This document shows positions 10,322 through 19,280 of a DNA stretch of 64,000 nt, piece after piece. Position numbers and translations under genes: made by a program. This DNA is from an uncultured virus (IMG/VR IMGVR_UViG_3300046832_003565). Lineage: Duplodnaviria; Heunggongvirae; Uroviricota; Caudoviricetes. How positions within the stretch are numbered: the stretch's first letter is position 1; each line of letters starts with the position of its first letter. The notes beneath the pieces were generated by a model. That model was not told the origin of the DNA and did not search any database. It saw only the letters and a list, made by a program, of their open reading frames with translations. The stretch is taken from the IMG/VR virus record IMGVR_UViG_3300046832_003565. One strand, written 5' to 3'.

Positions 10322-10989
10322 TGGGAACAAATAATGGTCCAGTTGGGCAAGGACTTGAAAATGTAGTAATTAGGGTGGATCTTTATGATTCTAAATCTTA
10401 TATTGGCACCGGAAACACTATAAATTCAGTAATAAAATCACAAAATCTTTCATCTTCAGCTATTGGCTATACTAAAGTAGGATCTGAAAAAGCTTTAGTA
10501 TTTAGTGGTGCTGGTTTTGTTACATCTTTTAGTAATACTGGAGTTTCGGCTGCTCAATCCAGAACTATGAGTTGCTGGGTAAAATTTGGATCAAAATCAA
10601 GTCAAGGTTGTGTAGCTACAGGTGCTAACGGTTCCGGCACTGGTATGGCGATAGCAACATCTTCTACTGTTTTTCTATTAGCAACAGGTAATAGCGGCAC
10701 ACTTACTACAGTCACTTATAGTCAAAATCAATGGTATAACCTTACTTATGTAAGTGAATTTGTAACTGGCACAACTCATAGATTAAAATTTTATGTTAAC
10801 GGTGGTATAGCGCATTCTTCAGTAGCAACAAATATCAACTTGACAAATACTACATTAAGAATAGGCATGGATATGTCAGGATTTGGAATGAGTGGTCAAA
10901 TTGCTAGAGTAAATTTTTATGATAAAGCTTTATCTGACAGAGAAATATCCAAAACCTATGCTAACTATAGGTCGAGATTTGGTTTGTAA
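10321..10989 (+). CDS. LamG-like virion protein
   Basis: 'TMSCWVK...WYNLTYV...KFYVNG...FYDKALS...SRFGL'. Confidence 0.8.
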   Translation: MGTNNGPVGQGLENVVIRVDLYDSKSYIGTGNTINSVIKSQNLSSSAIGYTKVGSEKALVFSGAGFVTSFSNTGVSAAQSRTMSCWVKFGSKSSQGCVATGANGSGTGMAIATSSTVFLLATGNSGTLTTVTYSQNQWYNLTYVSEFVTGTTHRLKFYVNGGIAHSSVATNINLTNTTLRIGMDMSGFGMSGQIARVNFYDKALSDREISKTYANYRSRFGL

Positions 10990-11016
10990 AATATTTTATA
11001 ATATAAGAGAAATTAA

Positions 11017-12120
11017 ATGGCAATATCAGATAAAAATATCAGGATAACTAAAAATACAAATACACCTTTGGGAGCTGGAAATGGTCCTAAAATGGTATTT
11101 ACTGGTGCAGCTGCTGGTTCTTCAGTAATTACTCTTGAAGTACTTGATGATAACAGTATATCATTTTCAAGCAATGAAGGTCAAATATTTTCTCTTGATA
11201 GCAATCTTTCTGAAGGTAATATTTATACAGTAAACAATATTTCTGGTACTGCTCTTATATCTGCTTCTGCTGGATCTACTATAGGTTTAGCAAACTTTGG
11301 TGGATTGGTAGGTATAGGTACTGTAGCACCACAGTATAAGCTTCACGTACAAGGTGGAAGTGTTGGAATTGCTACCACTAATGCAGCTGTGCAATTTTTG
11401 TTTGATAATAATTCCGCATCAGGTAGTAATTTTTTAGATGTAAGATTTGCTAATTCAATAAGATTTTTTAATTCTACTAATACTTTTAGCACTGCGTTAA
11501 AAGGTGGAAACAATCCAGCCAACTATACCTTGACTCTACCAATATCATTGCCGGGTGCAGGCGTATCTATTCTGGTTTCTGATAGTACAGGAACAATGTC
11601 ATTTCCAACAATTTCTGGAGTAGGCATTTCTGTTATTGGCTCAGGCACTGCAATCACCTTTTCGCATTCAATTCCCTTGACTACATATTTCTGTTCAGGT
11701 TATACACCTAGTAGCACTGGAGCAGACAGTGTAGTATTTATGGTTCCTTTCAGTGTTGTAGACGGTACTTCTTCTGTCAATTATAACATCAGAAGAGTAC
11801 ATATGAGAGTTGAAACACCATCTGCTGGCACTTCTACTATTAAATTAGAAAAATATGCATTTGCTTCCGGAGCAGGTGTGACTGTATTTAGCAATTCTTC
11901 TAGACCAGCTGTTGGTTCAACAGCAAACATTATGAACCCATTGGGATTAAGTATATCTGGAGCAGCTATAGCGGAAACTTTTGTAACATCTGCATCAATA
12001 GGTTTCTCCACTGGATTTGCTACATGTGTTTCTGGAGATAAATTTAGAGTTAACTTTACTACTCTTAATGCAACTCATGCAAACTTTTCGATTTCTATGA
12101 ATTTGGACTCTGTAAACTAA
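11017..12120 (+). CDS. Tail fibre/tail-associated protein
   Basis: 'SDKNIRIT' N-terminus, 'VGIGTVAPQYKLHV', 'YTLTLP...G.S.LVSDSTG' module as in 6925. Confidence 0.7.
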   Translation: MAISDKNIRITKNTNTPLGAGNGPKMVFTGAAAGSSVITLEVLDDNSISFSSNEGQIFSLDSNLSEGNIYTVNNISGTALISASAGSTIGLANFGGLVGIGTVAPQYKLHVQGGSVGIATTNAAVQFLFDNNSASGSNFLDVRFANSIRFFNSTNTFSTALKGGNNPANYTLTLPISLPGAGVSILVSDSTGTMSFPTISGVGISVIGSGTAITFSHSIPLTTYFCSGYTPSSTGADSVVFMVPFSVVDGTSSVNYNIRRVHMRVETPSAGTSTIKLEKYAFASGAGVTVFSNSSRPAVGSTANIMNPLGLSISGAAIAETFVTSASIGFSTGFATCVSGDKFRVNFTTLNATHANFSISMNLDSVN

Positions 12121-12121
12121 C

Positions 12122-13639
12122 ATGAAAACATGTGTAGTTAGAAGAAGATTTTATTCAACAGAAGCTGATAATGCCACAGTTTCAGTAGAGCTTGAACCTG
12201 GTTTTGGCACTCCCAAAGCTGCAATAATTATATATACCGAAAATAATGCAAACACAGATTCATTCGACACAACTTTAGAATACAAAAATTTTGGTGTAGG
12301 ATTTACTGATGGAACTAATAAAAATTCAATTGATTTTACTTTTAGAGACAATCAGTCTGCATCTGACACACAAGTATCACATTCTAATTCAAATTTTATT
12401 GGTGCAGTAACTTCAGATAGATTAACAACTCATTATAGAGTTGCCACTGTAAGTTTTGTTCAAGATAAAATTAATTTGACATTTACTAATGCTACTCCTC
12501 AAACAAATGGACATCTTGAAGCATTATTTTGGGTTATTTCCGGAGATGATGTATCAGCAGCAGTTGGTTTTTCTTCATATAATACTACAAGTGGACTTTC
12601 AAGAGTATATTCAGGTCTTGCATTTGCACCTGACTTGGTTTTCATTTCAGGTGGTCTGACAACTTTAAACCAATCAGTATCAGCTGATGCTATTTTTTCA
12701 TTAGGCGTAGCAAAAAGGACTACTGGTCAGCAATGTAACACAGCATTTTGGAATGATGATAACGCAGATCCTTTTGCGTTAGCTACTCGTGTAGCAAATA
12801 ATTCAATAAATGCTTATATTAGTGCTGCAGCAAGTGTTGTCTCAGCAACTATAGGTAGTTTTTCCGCAAATGGTTGGACAATGACAAATGTTGGAACATT
12901 TGCAACAGATAGAGTTTATAATTTTTTAGCAATCAAATCAGCAAATCCAGATGGTGATTTTGCTTTATTAACAGATTTTGATACTTTTACAGGCACTGGT
13001 AGAACATTTGTTGGTTTAGGAATTTCAGGTTTCCCCCCAGATACATTATTTGGTAGTCTTTCTTACGCTTCCACAAGAAATGCAATACAAACTACAGTTG
13101 CTACTGGCGCTGCTTCATTGAATTTTTTTGCCGGTACTGCTACATCATATTCAAAACTTTATAACGGCACAGGTACAATTACATATAGCACAGCAAATGC
13201 AACTGTATCGGGCACTGGTACAAGTTTCTTTCAATTTTATCCAGGAGTAAAACTTTTTACACTTGATGGTTCGGAAATTGGTCAAGTTTCTTCAGTCACA
13301 AATGCAACATCCTTAACCTTAACAGCAAACTCTTTAATCACTGGCACAGCGCAAGCTTTTACGCACAGTAACTTTAGACAAAACTCAATATCAATAACTG
13401 AATTTGACGGTGATAATAACAATACTACATCAAATACATTAATTTCTTCACAAATGTTTACAATTCCAACTGTAAGTACAGTTGAATTTCAAGCATACTT
13501 AGATACTCCAAATACTGCACCTGGATTTTTTTATAATGTGACAAATTCTGACGCAACTTCAAGAGTAGGCTGGGTTCTTGCATCAAGTGATAGAAAGAAT
13601 TTAAATAGAAGAAGGTGTCCTAATGTCTGCGCAGATTAA
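12122..13639 (+). CDS. Putative structural (beta-rich) protein
   Basis: T/S/G-rich, 'LAFAPDLV', 'GTITYS..ATVSGTGTSF' motif; lies in the tail cluster. Confidence 0.55.
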   Translation: MKTCVVRRRFYSTEADNATVSVELEPGFGTPKAAIIIYTENNANTDSFDTTLEYKNFGVGFTDGTNKNSIDFTFRDNQSASDTQVSHSNSNFIGAVTSDRLTTHYRVATVSFVQDKINLTFTNATPQTNGHLEALFWVISGDDVSAAVGFSSYNTTSGLSRVYSGLAFAPDLVFISGGLTTLNQSVSADAIFSLGVAKRTTGQQCNTAFWNDDNADPFALATRVANNSINAYISAAASVVSATIGSFSANGWTMTNVGTFATDRVYNFLAIKSANPDGDFALLTDFDTFTGTGRTFVGLGISGFPPDTLFGSLSYASTRNAIQTTVATGAASLNFFAGTATSYSKLYNGTGTITYSTANATVSGTGTSFFQFYPGVKLFTLDGSEIGQVSSVTNATSLTLTANSLITGTAQAFTHSNFRQNSISITEFDGDNNNTTSNTLISSQMFTIPTVSTVEFQAYLDTPNTAPGFFYNVTNSDATSRVGWVLASSDRKNLNRRRCPNVCAD

Positions 13640-14459
13640 AAAAGATATCAAAATATGTGCAGTTCAATTAAACTTAGAAAACTGTAACAATCAAGATCAA
13701 TTCTTAAAATACATTGAATCAGAAGTGTTTTTGAAAAATACAAACGCTGACCTTTTTGTATTTCCAGAAAATATTAACTTCTTGTTATTATTTGCAAAAT
13801 ACAATCTATTTAAATCAAAATCTTTTCGTTCATTTTATGAAAATATAGTTGATAAATTTTTATCAGTTTTAGATTTGTCTTTTGTTTTTAATTATCAAAA
13901 ATTAGATGATCAAAAAAATATAATTCTTGAAACATTTAAACATTTAGCAAAAAAATACAATTGCAACATTACCACTGGAAGTTTTTACGAAAAGAAAAAA
14001 GATGGTATTTACAATTCAATTTATGCTATTGACAGAAGTGGAAATATTATTGGATCTGCTTCAAAAAAAGATTTAGTTGGATTGGAAAAAGCATTTAGAA
14101 TTAAGTCATACAATCAAAATACAGTGGTTGAGTTTGATTGTGCAAAAGTGGGTCTGTGCATTTGCTTTGATGTAAATGATAAAGAATTCTGTTCTAAATT
14201 TGATTGTGATATTTTAGTGGCTCCATCAAATGGATGGAGACCATTTCCTGGATATCCTTTTGATTCTAAAAAAGAAACACCACAAATACAAAGAGCCAAA
14301 GAAAACAATTATGTTGTTATGAGACCTTATTGTGCTGGTTGGTTAGGTCCATTGTATTTTTCTGGAAGAACAATGATTGTTGATAAAGATGGAGATATTT
14401 TATCTCAATCAGTAACTAGAAATAAAACAGAACTAGTTTTTGCCACCATAGTCGTTTGA
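13623..14459 (+). CDS. Carbon-nitrogen hydrolase (nitrilase superfamily)
   Basis: 'KICAVQ', 'DLFVFPE', 'SKKDL', 'GLCICFD' give the E-K-C triad; 'FSGRTMIVD.DG'. Confidence 0.85.
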   Translation: MSAQIKKDIKICAVQLNLENCNNQDQFLKYIESEVFLKNTNADLFVFPENINFLLLFAKYNLFKSKSFRSFYENIVDKFLSVLDLSFVFNYQKLDDQKNIILETFKHLAKKYNCNITTGSFYEKKKDGIYNSIYAIDRSGNIIGSASKKDLVGLEKAFRIKSYNQNTVVEFDCAKVGLCICFDVNDKEFCSKFDCDILVAPSNGWRPFPGYPFDSKKETPQIQRAKENNYVVMRPYCAGWLGPLYFSGRTMIVDKDGDILSQSVTRNKTELVFATIVV

Positions 14460-14657
14460 AAGATAACTTTCCCATTCTTGATTAACAGAATGTTTTTTCA
14501 TATCTTCGTTCTCAATAGTTTCTGTAATTTCAAAGCCTTCAATTTTATCTAAGAATTTCATTATCTCTAAACATTCTTTACCTTGAGTGCCTTTTGGAAT
14601 AACAGTTACTTTTCCGGATTCACTAATTGTAATATGTAATTCAATTTCCTTAGACAT
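14433..14657 (-). CDS. DUF2997-like protein
   Basis: 'IELHITISESGKVTVIPKGTQGKECLE' pattern; adjacent to DUF1257-like gene. Confidence 0.7.
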   Translation of the reverse strand: MSKEIELHITISESGKVTVIPKGTQGKECLEIMKFLDKIEGFEITETIENEDMKKHSVNQEWESYLSNDYGGKN

Positions 14658-15079
14658 TATATTAACTTTCTTGCAACAATATTTAATTCATTAATTGCTC
14701 TTTTTTGCAAATCTTCATTATTGATGTTAACTTTAATTTTGTAGCCTTGTTTTGCCAATGCCTTTTCCAATGCAACTTTAACATAGGCTTGAATTACTCT
14801 TTGATCAACTTTTGATTTTTTGTCATACTCAGAAATAATAAAATCATATTTTTCACCATTCCAGAGAAATCCAATGTCATTGGATGCTCCTGTGAATTTA
14901 TTGTTCAATTCTTCCCTTGAGACCACAATATGAGCTGTTTCTTGTCTTTGGTCACCACGGTATCCAAAAAGATGTCTAGGCTCCACAAATACATCTGTTT
15001 TTAAGCCAAGTAATTCTAAAGCTTCTAGTAATGTGTCTTTGTCAACAATATTGCATTCTATTTTTTTATAAGCAGACAT
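14657..15079 (-). CDS. DUF1257 (Ycf35-like) protein
   Basis: 'MSAY..I...I.D...LL.AL..LG...GYRG...AHIVV...NDIGF.WNG..Y..IISEYD'. Confidence 0.75.
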   Translation of the reverse strand: MSAYKKIECNIVDKDTLLEALELLGLKTDVFVEPRHLFGYRGDQRQETAHIVVSREELNNKFTGASNDIGFLWNGEKYDFIISEYDKKSKVDQRVIQAYVKVALEKALAKQGYKIKVNINNEDLQKRAINELNIVARKLI

Positions 15080-15393
15080 TACAGTTCATCATCCGTTTCC
15101 TCAATTTCCTCAAGTGAGTCTTCATCATCACACAGATTGTTATCGAGCCAAGTTAATGTTTCTTCCAATGCTCCACGCAATCTAATTATCCCAGCAATAG
15201 CAATTCCATGACCTTCATTTACAGTTGTGACGAGATTGTATCCTTCAAGAATAACATCTGTACTCTCATACACTTTGACAAGTCGATCATAAAGCTCATT
15301 TGGCTCAAGATTATTAATATATTCAATATGTTTGATGAGATTTTCTTGAAGTTGAAGTTCTTCTGCGGGGTCAATATTTTTATTAAGTTCCAT
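15079..15393 (-). CDS. Hypothetical acidic protein
   Basis: 104-aa ORF, AAGGA SD, coupled to the downstream gene. Confidence 0.65.
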   Translation of the reverse strand: MELNKNIDPAEELQLQENLIKHIEYINNLEPNELYDRLVKVYESTDVILEGYNLVTTVNEGHGIAIAGIIRLRGALEETLTWLDNNLCDDEDSLEEIEETDDEL

Positions 15394-15449
15394 TTTTCAT
15401 TTCCTTGATGAGATAAGTAACTTGTACAAAACAAATAGAATAAAGAGGT

Positions 15450-15815
15450 ATGAATATGAATAATCTGTTTTTTGTTTTAGGTTTTATAAGTACTTTGGCT
15501 GCTCCTTTGAATAATTACAGCCAACCTGTCCAACCAGTTTTTCAAGTAGAAGAGAAAACTAAAAAAGAGATATTAATTAGCATCAACTCCACTTTTTACA
15601 AAGATCCATCTCAAGTAGTGGAGGGAGTATTTAAGCAGGCAAGAATTTATGATTTTACAATTGATGAAAAAGTAAAAGAAATAAAAAATAAAAACATTCA
15701 GTTCAAAAATAAAACTGTTCAGCAGGCATTAGACATTTTGTCAAAACTTTACAATGTTTCATTCAAAGTTGAAGAAATAGGAAAAGAAAAGTTTTACAGT
15801 GTCGAAACGAGGTAG
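15450..15815 (+). CDS. Secreted protein, possible secretin/TonB N-terminal (STN)-like domain
   Basis: Signal peptide; 'IQFKNKTVQQALDILSKLYNVSFKVE' resembles the STN pattern. Confidence 0.55.
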   Translation: MNMNNLFFVLGFISTLAAPLNNYSQPVQPVFQVEEKTKKEILISINSTFYKDPSQVVEGVFKQARIYDFTIDEKVKEIKNKNIQFKNKTVQQALDILSKLYNVSFKVEEIGKEKFYSVETR

Positions 15816-15817
15816 AA

Positions 15818-16327
15818 ATGAAAAAAATATTCTTTATCATAGCAGTGTTTTGTTTATGCTCTTCATCATTTGCACAATCTAATATAACATTAGAATTAAA
15901 GGATGCTCCAGTTAAGACAACTCTAGAGATGATGTTCAAACAGGCTGGAATTAAAAATTATGTTATTGAAAATTCAGTAACAGGTTTTGTAACAATGAAT
16001 CTTAGTGATCAACCTTTTGAAAATTCTTTGAAACTTGTTATGAGAGCAAACACCCTGCCATTAACATACACAAAAGAAAATGATGTATGGATTGTAAAGT
16101 CAAGAAGAATTAAAATTGAAGCTAATCCTGATCCAAATTATAATTCTGATCCATTGCCTGTGAAATCAAATTCTTTTCAAGTGATAAGATTAAATCATAT
16201 AGATCCATTTGACTTGATGTCAGCGTTGGGTAATATATTATTTGTTAATCAATTTCAAAGATTTCAAGGTGGTATGAATGGAATGAACAATAATAATGGT
16301 GGTTTTGGCGGAGGTAGAAATTTTTGA
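15818..16327 (+). CDS. Secreted secretin N-terminal (STN/N0 + N1-like) domain protein without secretin barrel
   Basis: Signal peptide; 'ITLELKDAPVKTTLEMMFKQAG..YVI...VTG.VTMNL.D.PFE.SL.LVM' and 'VIRLNHIDP.DL...LG'; Gly-rich tail. Confidence 0.75.
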   Translation: MKKIFFIIAVFCLCSSSFAQSNITLELKDAPVKTTLEMMFKQAGIKNYVIENSVTGFVTMNLSDQPFENSLKLVMRANTLPLTYTKENDVWIVKSRRIKIEANPDPNYNSDPLPVKSNSFQVIRLNHIDPFDLMSALGNILFVNQFQRFQGGMNGMNNNNGGFGGGRNF

Positions 16328-16584
16328 GTCATTTTTACTTAAGAAAATCTTACACATTCAAAGAATTAGATGAAAAGTTAGATGATGTGAAATCTGAAAT
16401 CAAAGATTTTGTTCATGAACAATTAAGAACAAGAACAGCAATTATAGATCCAATTCCATTTTCTTATTATGAAATAGAGAAATTATTGCATGAACTTTCA
16501 TATTTAAGGAATCATGTTGAACATCTTTCAAATGAAATTATTAAATTGAAAAACGATAAAGATTACGATGAGCCCACTTTATGA
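16324..16584 (+). CDS. Hypothetical protein
   Basis: TTG start with GGAGG SD, overlapping its neighbours. Confidence 0.6.
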   Translation: MSHFYLRKSYTFKELDEKLDDVKSEIKDFVHEQLRTRTAIIDPIPFSYYEIEKLLHELSYLRNHVEHLSNEIIKLKNDKDYDEPTL

Positions 16585-17126
16585 AAAAATATATTTTATT
16601 TTCACCTAAGGATATTGATCAAAATGATGAGCCTAAAGATAGTGTCTTATGGGAAGTAAAATATAAAGTTCACCAAACAATTTCAGGACTTCCTAAAGAG
16701 GTTTTAGATGCTCTGGATGATTCAAAGTCAACTCCTCTACCATGTAAAAAATGGCATGAGGAGTTTGTTGAATTAGGATTAGAAATGCTATATGACTTTC
16801 CATACATGAAAGAATATGGAATATTAGACGATAATGATGATGCATTATTTACAGCAACAATTTCTGCACTTGATATAAATAAATTCAACAATGAAGTTTT
16901 AGTAAAAATTAAAATTGCCAATGAAATACTTTCTACTATGAATTTGAAGGAAAATGGCTGTATGCATCCAGAAAAATTTCACAACAAAATGATCGAATAT
17001 GTAGATTTGTCAGAAGAAGAATTTATTATAAAAGAAGATGTGTCTAAATATTTATTCGATTTGGAAACACTTTGTGAACGATGTTTGCAGTATGAAAGCA
17101 ACATTGAATGGAAATCTATATCTTAG
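16581..17126 (+). CDS. Hypothetical protein
   Basis: 181-aa ORF, ATGA overlap. Confidence 0.65.
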   Translation: MKKYILFSPKDIDQNDEPKDSVLWEVKYKVHQTISGLPKEVLDALDDSKSTPLPCKKWHEEFVELGLEMLYDFPYMKEYGILDDNDDALFTATISALDINKFNNEVLVKIKIANEILSTMNLKENGCMHPEKFHNKMIEYVDLSEEEFIIKEDVSKYLFDLETLCERCLQYESNIEWKSIS

Positions 17127-17137
17127 AGGGAATTATA

Positions 17138-17584
17138 ATGAGCTGGTACAGAATAGCACAACAAGACAATTGGAATAATATAATTAACACAGGTACTGTC
17201 GGTACTCAATCAAATCCTGATGGAATTAAAGTTTCCATTAGCGATTATAATCTACTTAAAAGTTTTGGATCAGGAAGTAAGCCAGTCACTGTTCTAGACT
17301 TAGACACTAAACAACAAGTTACAGTGGTACATGGTGGATTAGATTCTGAAGGTAACTTTGCTTTTTCTAAAGGCAACAATGAATATGTATATCCTGACAA
17401 TAATCCTAATTGGGCTCAAGAATTAGGTGTTAATCCTAACAGTTATATTGTTTCATGTTATGCTGGTACCGCAAATGCTTCTAATTTTAAAACACCAAAT
17501 TACAAAGGTAAACTCAATCTTCAAATTCCAACTCAAGTTCCTAGTGGCGCGAATGAAGTTAGAATTAATATAGAAGGCGGATAA
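17138..17584 (+). CDS. Hypothetical protein with 'MSWYRIAQ' N-terminus
   Basis: Start moved to ATG 17138 after GAGGG. Confidence 0.6.
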   Translation: MSWYRIAQQDNWNNIINTGTVGTQSNPDGIKVSISDYNLLKSFGSGSKPVTVLDLDTKQQVTVVHGGLDSEGNFAFSKGNNEYVYPDNNPNWAQELGVNPNSYIVSCYAGTANASNFKTPNYKGKLNLQIPTQVPSGANEVRINIEGG

Positions 17585-17585
17585 T

Positions 17586-18266
17586 ATGGAATTTGCAAAT
17601 TCTTTTTTAGATTTGAAGATAGCAAAAAAAAGTGTTGATAAAATCACAGTTGAATATACTTTTGATCTTCAAGATTTGCCTTATGGTTTTTCAGATTTAG
17701 AACCTGTTATTGATGCTACCACTATGCGGGTACATCATGGAAAACACCATAAAAAATATGCAGACAGCATGAATGAGATTTTAGATAAAAATCCAGGTAT
17801 GAAATCTAAAACTTTAGTAGAGCTTTTGCAAAACCCAGGCAAATTATCTGAAGAAGATAAAACCAAATTCTTAAATAATGCTGGTGGACATTTCAATCAC
17901 ACTTTTTTCTGGAGATCTATGACCCCAGAAATGAATCAAAAACCAACAGACAAGCTTGAAGAAGATATCAATAAGCAGTTTGGAAGTTTTGATAAATTCA
18001 AAAAAGAATTTATTGAAACAGGTGTGAAACATTTTGGATCTGGTTGGGTTTGGCTTTGTGTTGATAATGGAAAATTAAAAATACAAGGTTTTGCAAATCA
18101 ATCAAATCCATACATAGAAAAATGTGGTGTTCCTGTTCTAGGATGCGATGTATGGGAACATGCATACTATTTAAAATATCAAAACAATAGGGAAAAATAT
18201 TTGACAAATTGGTTCAAGGTGATAGATTGGTCTTTTGTGTCAAATTTGTATGAGGAAAACAAATGA
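17586..18266 (+). CDS. sodA: Fe/Mn superoxide dismutase (Mn-type signature)
   Basis: HHGKHH, NNAGGHFNH, FGSGWVWL, NQ, DVWEHAYY. Confidence 0.95.
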   Translation: MEFANSFLDLKIAKKSVDKITVEYTFDLQDLPYGFSDLEPVIDATTMRVHHGKHHKKYADSMNEILDKNPGMKSKTLVELLQNPGKLSEEDKTKFLNNAGGHFNHTFFWRSMTPEMNQKPTDKLEEDINKQFGSFDKFKKEFIETGVKHFGSGWVWLCVDNGKLKIQGFANQSNPYIEKCGVPVLGCDVWEHAYYLKYQNNREKYLTNWFKVIDWSFVSNLYEENK

Positions 18267-18637
18267 ATTTCATAACTAATTTATTGACATTACACAATCA
18301 ATTTAAAGTTTATCATTGGCAGACACAGAAGAAAGTTGGATCTTATGCACAACATGTTGCATTTGGTACAGCATATGATGAACTTGGTGAAAAAATAGAC
18401 GATTTTATTGAAATTTATCAAGGTAAACGTGGTGTCATCAAGGGCAGAGATGGTTTTACTTTAAATTTACAGAATTTAGACGACACCCCAACTGTTTTTA
18501 TTGATGAATTTGTTAATTACTTAACTCAGAATGTACCTGAAGCTCTTGACTCTAGTGTTGATACTGATCTGTTAAATATTAGAGATGAAATGCTTGGTAT
18601 CTTAAATCAAACCAAATATAGATTAATGTTAAAATAA
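18263..18637 (+). CDS. Ferritin/Dps-like protein (DUF5856-like)
   Basis: 'QFKVYHWQT...YAQHVAFG..YD.L...ID.FIE.YQGK.G...TDLLNIRDEML..LNQTKY.L'. Confidence 0.75.
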   Translation: MNFITNLLTLHNQFKVYHWQTQKKVGSYAQHVAFGTAYDELGEKIDDFIEIYQGKRGVIKGRDGFTLNLQNLDDTPTVFIDEFVNYLTQNVPEALDSSVDTDLLNIRDEMLGILNQTKYRLMLK

Positions 18638-18643
18638 TTATCT

Positions 18644-18889
18644 GTGAAAGAAAATAACTGGTCTTATATTGATGCTGATGGATTAAAAGCTGAATTGGCA
18701 CAAAGGTTGAGAATTTTAGAATTAAATAGATCGCTGATGCTTACTACTTTGAATATAACATCCACTTTATCTATAAATGATTTAGAAAAAATTTACAACA
18801 ATTTGTCAAAAAATCAAAAGAAAGCAAAAAATGGACTGGCAATATTTGAGTTGATAAAGTTCAAAAAAGAAAAAGAAAATCCAGATTAG
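18644..18889 (+). CDS. Hypothetical protein
   Basis: 81-aa GTG-start ORF. Confidence 0.5.
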   Translation: MKENNWSYIDADGLKAELAQRLRILELNRSLMLTTLNITSTLSINDLEKIYNNLSKNQKKAKNGLAIFELIKFKKEKENPD

Positions 18890-19278
18890 GATTTACAAGA
18901 ACCGCAGCCAGATCCCTCATTTAAGGTATCAATGCTATCTTCAGTTGAGAAACTTTTCCCACATCCACAGCTTTTTGTTGATGTGGGATTTGTAACTTTA
19001 AATCCACCCACTAAACCATTAGTTGAAACATAATCAATAATACAGCCATTTAAATATTTTGCAGATTTTTCTTCCACTGCTATTTTTACATCTTTGCTGT
19101 ACACAATAATTTCATCAATTTCAGGTTCGCCTTCAGAAATTGCAAGTCCATAAGTTAGACCAGAACATCCACCACCTGCAACATAAAAATTCAAATATAG
19201 ACTATCTACTTCCATATCAGCCATAGCATCTTTGATCTGTTGTGCTGCAACATCAGTTATTGTTATTTCAAGTTCCAT
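18886..19278 (-). CDS. iscA: Fe-S cluster assembly A-type carrier (IscA/HesB/ErpA family)
   Basis: 'ITITDVAA', 'GGGCSGLTYGL', 'IDYV...GGFKVTNP...SCGCGKSF'. Confidence 0.92.
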   Translation of the reverse strand: MELEITITDVAAQQIKDAMADMEVDSLYLNFYVAGGGCSGLTYGLAISEGEPEIDEIIVYSKDVKIAVEEKSAKYLNGCIIDYVSTNGLVGGFKVTNPTSTKSCGCGKSFSTEDSIDTLNEGSGCGSCKS

Positions 19279-19280
19279 TT

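Noticed and set aside
353..12351. Many antisense and alternate-frame ORFs over the tail genes
   Set aside because: Shadows of codon bias in Thr/Ala/Gly-rich genes; no SD or recognisable motifs
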